A stretch of 64,000 bases of DNA, taken from the NCBI GenBank assembly GCA_951406725.2, contig OX597824.1:26412001-26476000 (forward strand). The letters are read 5' to 3'. Position 1 is the stretch's first letter. The number at the start of each line of letters is the position of its first letter. Under the pieces are notes generated by a model, which was not told the origin of the DNA, did no database searches, and saw only the letters and a list, made by a program, of their open reading frames with translations. The position numbers and the translations under genes were made by a program. Shown piece by piece: positions 57,815-64,000 of this stretch. Source of the DNA: Octopus vulgaris. Lineage: Eukaryota.

Positions 57815-57899
57815 TTCCCTGATGATAAGATCACATTGTTTTACACCATTTTATTCATTTGGAATAATACCAATGTTGTCTTCGAAACATATGTCGGAA
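57815..57899 (+). ncRNA. Type I hammerhead ribozyme with long stem II, related to 34061-34144
   Basis: TTCC/GGAA stem I; CTGATGA; AAGA..ACATTG/CAATGT..TCTT; GAAAC-ATAT-GTC. Confidence 0.72.
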
Positions 57900-58341
57900 G
57901 TAAAAGAATTTGAATAACACCTGCGTTTAGCTCCATATTTGATATTCAATATTTCATCTATTCAATAAGACAATCAATACTTCATTTCATTTTACTATAT
58001 ATACTATTTATACTATATATTCTATATTCTACATTAATATTATAAAGAATATAAATAAAACATAAAAAACAGAGTTGGAATTCCTTTGAATAATATATAT
58101 ATAAATATATACATATGCGCGCGCGTGCGTGTGAGTATGTGTATATAGTTTATATTTAGGTTATTGGTAGGATCAACAAAAACGTACTCCATCTAGTGAG
58201 AGATAAATATTATTTAATATACACAATTTACAAAAGAGCTACTAATAGTTTCGTGCTTTAGGCATACTATAATTTTGAAGATTTATATAACATTGCATGT
58301 ATCTCCTAGCAATCTTTCAGGCTCAGTGCACATCGTAAAAC

Positions 58342-58827
58342 GTAGGCATCATAGCTGTCTTATGTGTTCGAATAAAACTGAGGTAATGGTCAGTGGCTGA
58401 AATGGCAGTAGCAGCAGTGACTGTTGGTCGTAGTAGTAGTGTTGGACTACTACTACGACCAACAGTCACTGCTGCTACTGCCATTTCATCCACTGACCAC
58501 TACTTCAGTTTTATTCCAACACATAAGACAGCTATGATGCTTACTCCCCACAAAAAACCACCACGTGGATTCTGTTGGGAACAGTAAGAAACAATTATGA
58601 ACTTTTTTATTACACTTAACTTTAAATTTACAGCTATTATGCTTACACCCCACAAAAAACCACCACGTGATTTCTATTGAGACCAGTAAAAAACAATTAT
58701 GAACTTTTTTATTACACTTAACTTTTTAAAAATTTTTTGATAAGGTTCGTTTTTTCAAGAAGAACCGAAACATGTAAAATTTCTAAGATAATTAAAATTT
58801 ATCTTATATAGTGGCGTTTTCAAACTT

Positions 58828-58830
<3 letters not shown>
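58342..58830 (+). mobile_element. Penelope-like element: ~200-bp palindrome, ~102-bp tandem duplication and degenerate HHR
   Basis: Arms at 58342-58440 and 58446-58544; repeat units start at 58528 and 58630; TTGATAA-GGTTC..GAACC-GAAACATGTA at 58737-58776. Confidence 0.7.
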
Positions 58831-58887
<57 letters not shown>

Positions 58888-58890
<3 letters not shown>

Positions 58891-59290
58891 CGGGTATCTT
58901 TCAGTTTCCGTCCACCAAATTCACTCACAAAGCTTTGGTCGGCCCGAACAAGGTGCCACGCAGTGTGACTGAACTCGGAACCCTGTGGTTGGGAAGCCGG
59001 GAGTTTTATGAACATAAATTTGATATGTGAGTTGAAGCATATTTCAAAAGTTTAGCTCCATACTAGTGTTGGATTGATTTTGATTTTTCCAGTTTCAGCT
59101 AATGAGCTGTGGCCATGCTGGGGCACCGCCATTTTTAAAGAGTTCAGCAGGGATCACCACCATCCCTGCCAGAGCCTCGTGGAGCTTTAGGTGTTTTCGT
59201 TCAATAAACACTCACAACGCCCGGTCTGGGAATCGAAACCGCGATCCTATGACCGCGAGTCCGCTGCTCTAACCACGGGCCATTGCGCCT
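58888..59290 (-). mobile_element. SINE-A fragments plus SINE-C 5' part (59140-59290)
   Basis: Family motifs. Confidence 0.8.
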
Positions 59291-59445
59291 CATTTCAGAT
59301 ATCCACCTTCTTCCAATGCTTTATCATCAATTTCTTCATAGAATGTATTTTTCATTTTCAGATAAAACGTATTTTGCGTGTGCATTTACACACACACACA
59401 CAAACACACACACACATACACACACACACAAACACACACGCACAC

Positions 59446-59479
<34 letters not shown>

Positions 59480-59658
59480 CACACACACACACAAACACAC
59501 ACACTCACACACACACAAACACACACGCAGAGACATTCAGATGCATAGATATCTATGTATAGATATTAGGAGACGTACATACACGCATATGAAGATGTAT
59601 AAAGATATACATACATATGAGCGCAAAACACACAGGCACGCACACACAGGCACGCACA

Positions 59659-59711
<53 letters not shown>

Positions 59712-59714
59712 TTA

Positions 59715-59819
<105 letters not shown>

Positions 59820-60549
59820 ATACACATATAGATATACGTATATACATATATATAAATTGATTGATAGATAGATCGATAGATAGAAAAATAGATAGATATG
59901 TGAACTCATGTACACACACACAGACACACACACACCGACCGACAGATAGGTAAGCATATATAGACATAAAGACATGTATTATTTAAGCAAACGCAACACT
60001 CATGCACGTACACAGGCGCGCATACAGACACACACATGTACAAATACAAACACGCACACACGCAACCACACAATCACGCGCATACACATATATATATATA
60101 TATATATACATACACACACAGACAAACACACACACATACGCTGCTTCACCGAAGATGATTGAAACCGGTTCAGGTAAACACTGCAATCATTATTTGTCTT
60201 GTTTCCTCAGAGGTTTTCATTGTCAAATAATATATTTTGCACATGGATAAGAAACAAACAGTAATTCAGAATATAAACTTTATGTGGAGTAAGAAAGAGG
60301 AAGAGAGAGAGAAGGAGAGGTAGATAGATAAAGAGAAAGATAGATAGACATAGAGATAGATAGCTGGAAAACGATAGATAGATAGATAGAGAGAGAAAGA
60401 GAGAGAGAGAGAAAGAGGGAGAGAGAACGAGATATAGATAGAGAGATAGATACCGGTACTAAAATGTTCTTCATGATAAAATTATTTTAGCATTTTCTAC
60501 CTTGTCTTATTTTCCTTATCAATAAATAAATAAATAAATAAATATATAT

Positions 60550-60611
<62 letters not shown>

Positions 60612-60613
<2 letters not shown>

Positions 60614-60915
60614 GGCCAATGGCCCGTGGTTAGGGCAGCGGACTTGCGGTTGGAGGATCGCGGTTTCGATTCCCAGACCGGGCGTTGTGTGTGTTTAGTG
60701 AGCGAAAAGACCTAAAAGCCCCACGAAGCTCCGGCAGAGGGTGGTGCCTACTCCTGTTGTACTCTTCCGCAACAACTTTCTCTCACTCTCTCTTCCTGTT
60801 TCTTGAGCAACGCTGCGATGGACTTGGCGTCCCGTCCAGCTGGGGGGGGGGGACACATACGCCACAGAAACCGGGAAACCGGGCCCATAAGCCCGGAGAG
60901 GGTTGAAAAGGGCGA
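60612..60915 (+). mobile_element. Full-length SINE family C (OR2-type tail)
   Basis: CAATGGCCCGTGGTTAGGGCAGCGG head; GAAACCGGGAAACCGGGCCC tail. Confidence 0.88.
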
Positions 60916-60953
60916 CGTTTTTGGTTATATATATATATATATATATATATATC

Positions 60954-61107
60954 TGTGGCGTATGTGTTCCCCACCAGCTGGACGGGACGCCAGTCTATCG
61001 CAGCGTTACTCAAGAAACAGGAAGAGAGAGTGAGAGAAAGTTGTTGCGGAAGAGTACAACAGGAGTAACCAAACCCCTCTGCCGGAGCTTCGTGGAGTTC
61101 TTAGGTG

Positions 61108-61109
<2 letters not shown>
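60954..61109 (-). mobile_element. Partial inverted SINE family C
   Basis: Reverse complement of ~60710-60866. Confidence 0.85.
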
Positions 61110-61176
<67 letters not shown>

Positions 61177-61543
61177 AATTAGTAAATAAATGGCACAACT
61201 AAGTACCGATATTTACTGGAAATAGCGAACGTAAAAATACGACGCTAATGTGTAGCTTCACCGCGTATGTATTAGCAAAAATGCGTGTGTGCAACAAAAT
61301 AGAGAAAAAAAACCGTCTTACCTCCAGGGAGAACATCTGAAAGATGAAACACCCGGAAAATGGATAATGTGGTACCTGCAGGTTTCAGGTTTTGCAAGAT
61401 ATGTCTCTCACCCATATTTTGCTTTACCTTCTTCAGCCAAACATATACCAAGACGAAATCTACGATGTTACCACATTAATACTAACACACTCGACTGAAA
61501 TACGGAACGCTAACAGTACGAGAAACGGTGAAGAAGTTTCAAA

Positions 61544-61649
61544 ATATCAGTAATGCAATACAAAGTATTGCCTTCCAGTAAAAAGTAGCCCGTGAGGGAA
61601 AAATACACGGGCTACTTTTTACTGGAAGGCAATACTTTGTATTGCATTA

Positions 61650-61656
<7 letters not shown>
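61544..61656. repeat. Perfect 51-bp inverted repeat with 11-nt loop
   Basis: Arms at 61544-61594 and 61606-61656 are exact reverse complements. Confidence 0.93.
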
Positions 61657-61703
<47 letters not shown>

Positions 61704-62013
61704 GATACATACATACTTATACGTTACTGGTACAATTCCAAACTTATCCTACGCTCTGTCAGTGTACCAATGTACAACTAGTCAGAACAACATGCCAAAG
61801 AGATCCCAGTATATATCTAGTGAGATATCCTTTTGTTCACCAAGTACCGGGAGTGACACAGCCTGTACTGGTTGATGTAACGCAACCTGATGCACAATAT
61901 TCTGTGGGATAGATGCAGGATGGGTCGAAACGATCATCGTGCTGAATACAGATTCGTACTAAATCTATTTTCCTTTCCCTCTATCAACTACATATACACA
62001 GATACATACATAG

Positions 62014-62066
<53 letters not shown>

Positions 62067-62083
62067 AATATTTATATTATTTA

Positions 62084-62618
62084 TGTGGATAAGGTTAGTC
62101 TAAGCGTAGTCAGAGGTAGGGTACCTGGCACTTAGTGTGTCTTTAAACGCTGATAGCCCTGAAGAAGTTGGCCAATCCGATCGGTGGAAGCTCCGCTTTG
62201 ACTTTCTATAAAAGGGCTGGCAAGTGGGACGACGTTCTCTCGGAGATTTTGGATGTCGACGAAAGTCAAGTGACTGATCAGTTCCGGAGGACATTCGGGT
62301 CGGGGCTCTTGGAAAATTTCCGAAAGATCTCTAGTCCGTCAGCGCTCCCAGCAGTCGTTGCTCCAGCATTGTCGCAGTGTAATGTCAGAAATAAACCAAA
62401 GAACAAATGTAAACGAATATCATTACTGATTTCAAATTGTGGTACAAGGCCAGCAATTTCAGGAGAGGGACCAAGTCGATTACATCAACCCCAGTGCACA
62501 ACTGGTATTCATTTTATCGAGCTCGAAGGGTTGAAAGGCAAAATATGTCCGGCGCGGTAACGAATATCATTATTCAAAGAAAAAAAATTTCATTGACTAA
62601 TATCATTTTTTTCATACA
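62084..62618 (+). mobile_element. Probable solo LTR containing a truncated SINE-B (~62426-62558, minus)
   Basis: TG..CA ends, GGCCAATC, CTATAAAAGGG and AATAAA; the SINE is flanked by repeated AACGAATATCATTA. No clear LTR TSD. Confidence 0.5.
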
Positions 62619-62662
62619 ATATTTTTATGTATTGGTTACCAAATATCAAATACGTTAACGCG

Positions 62663-62840
<178 letters not shown>

Positions 62841-63722
62841 GTGTCTGTCTCTCTGTCTGTCCAGTTATCTATCTAGCTCTCCCTCTCAATTCATCCATCC
62901 GTCAGTCTGTCTATTTGCCTGCCTCTGTATGAGTCTGTCTAACTGATTGTCTACATCACCACATATCTATTTCTGGTTAGCATTTCTTTGCAGGCTTCAT
63001 GCATAAAATATGTTAACACTAGCTTACCTACGTTTCATACAAGTTTACTACAAATTTATCTTTTCTATTGAATATTTTAAAAGCGATAACTTAAAAGTTT
63101 GTTTGAGATAATTTTATTTCATCCTGATGTTTTTCATTTCATTGAACCTGAGTGAAAAATTCCTTCTGAAAAATTAGTAAAATTGTGGTTAACTTTAAAG
63201 AAAATAAGACAAACAGACATACACACAAAACAAAAAAAAAAAAGAAACATAAAATAAAACGCAATTTTAAAGAAGACGTAACAAAAATATTCTCCATAAC
63301 TAACAACAACCACCCAAGACAATGAAAACAACCCCAAAAACAATAACAATAACAACTACACACAAAAAACTAAAATTATGTGATCTCTTGCATAATATCG
63401 TTTTTATGTGCATAAAATTTATAAACAAAATTGAATTAAAAACAACAAAAGCAATAACATAAAAAATACAACAACAATTAAATAAAAAAAACCTCTTCTA
63501 TTTTCTTTTAAGAATTCCCCCCTCCAATAGCTTCAATTACTTCCTCTTTTTAACCTTCAATAAGTTTTCCAATTTCGTTTCGTTTTAGTTTTACATATTA
63601 GGTTAAGCCGAAAAGAAACACAAGAAAAATTTGTATCTAATTAATTTTTTTCTTCTTGCCCTCACTACCTCTCTTTCCCTTTTCCTCTTTCTCTTTCTTT
63701 GTGAGCATATGTATGTTATATA

Positions 63723-63764
<42 letters not shown>

Positions 63765-63822
63765 CATACATATACATGTATGTATATATGTATATATGTA
63801 TATATATATATATATATACATG

Positions 63823-63881
<59 letters not shown>

Positions 63882-64000
63882 GTATATTTATATGTATATA
63901 TATATATATACTCACATATTCTTCTCCTTCTCAAGATATAATTATCTGATAGGGTTAAATTTCTAAATAGAAAAAGGCAAATTTTAATCGATGTTAAAAA

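Overview
This is repeat-dominated, AT-rich eukaryotic DNA. The SINE families and extreme microsatellite density look like a cephalopod (Octopus-like) genome, which is an inference from pattern recognition. Nearly all listed ORFs are microsatellite artefacts and no intact gene is identifiable. The window holds many copies of four tRNA-derived SINE families (labelled A-D here); decayed Tc1 (DD34E), maT (DD37D), mariner, Helitron, RTE, L1/Tx1, HERO-like, I-group-like and Penelope-like elements; two probable LTRs; MITEs; and a few weak candidate minus-strand host exons. The most striking signal is about a dozen type I hammerhead-ribozyme (HHR) motifs from several unrelated families. They lie in short non-coding elements that are often fold-backs, flanked by 10-14 bp target-site duplications (TSDs) or set in (TA)n tracts, near a Penelope RT relic. 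A recurrent permuted HHR-like motif also occurs in probable retroelement 3' UTRs. Coordinates were read by eye and may be off by a few bases.
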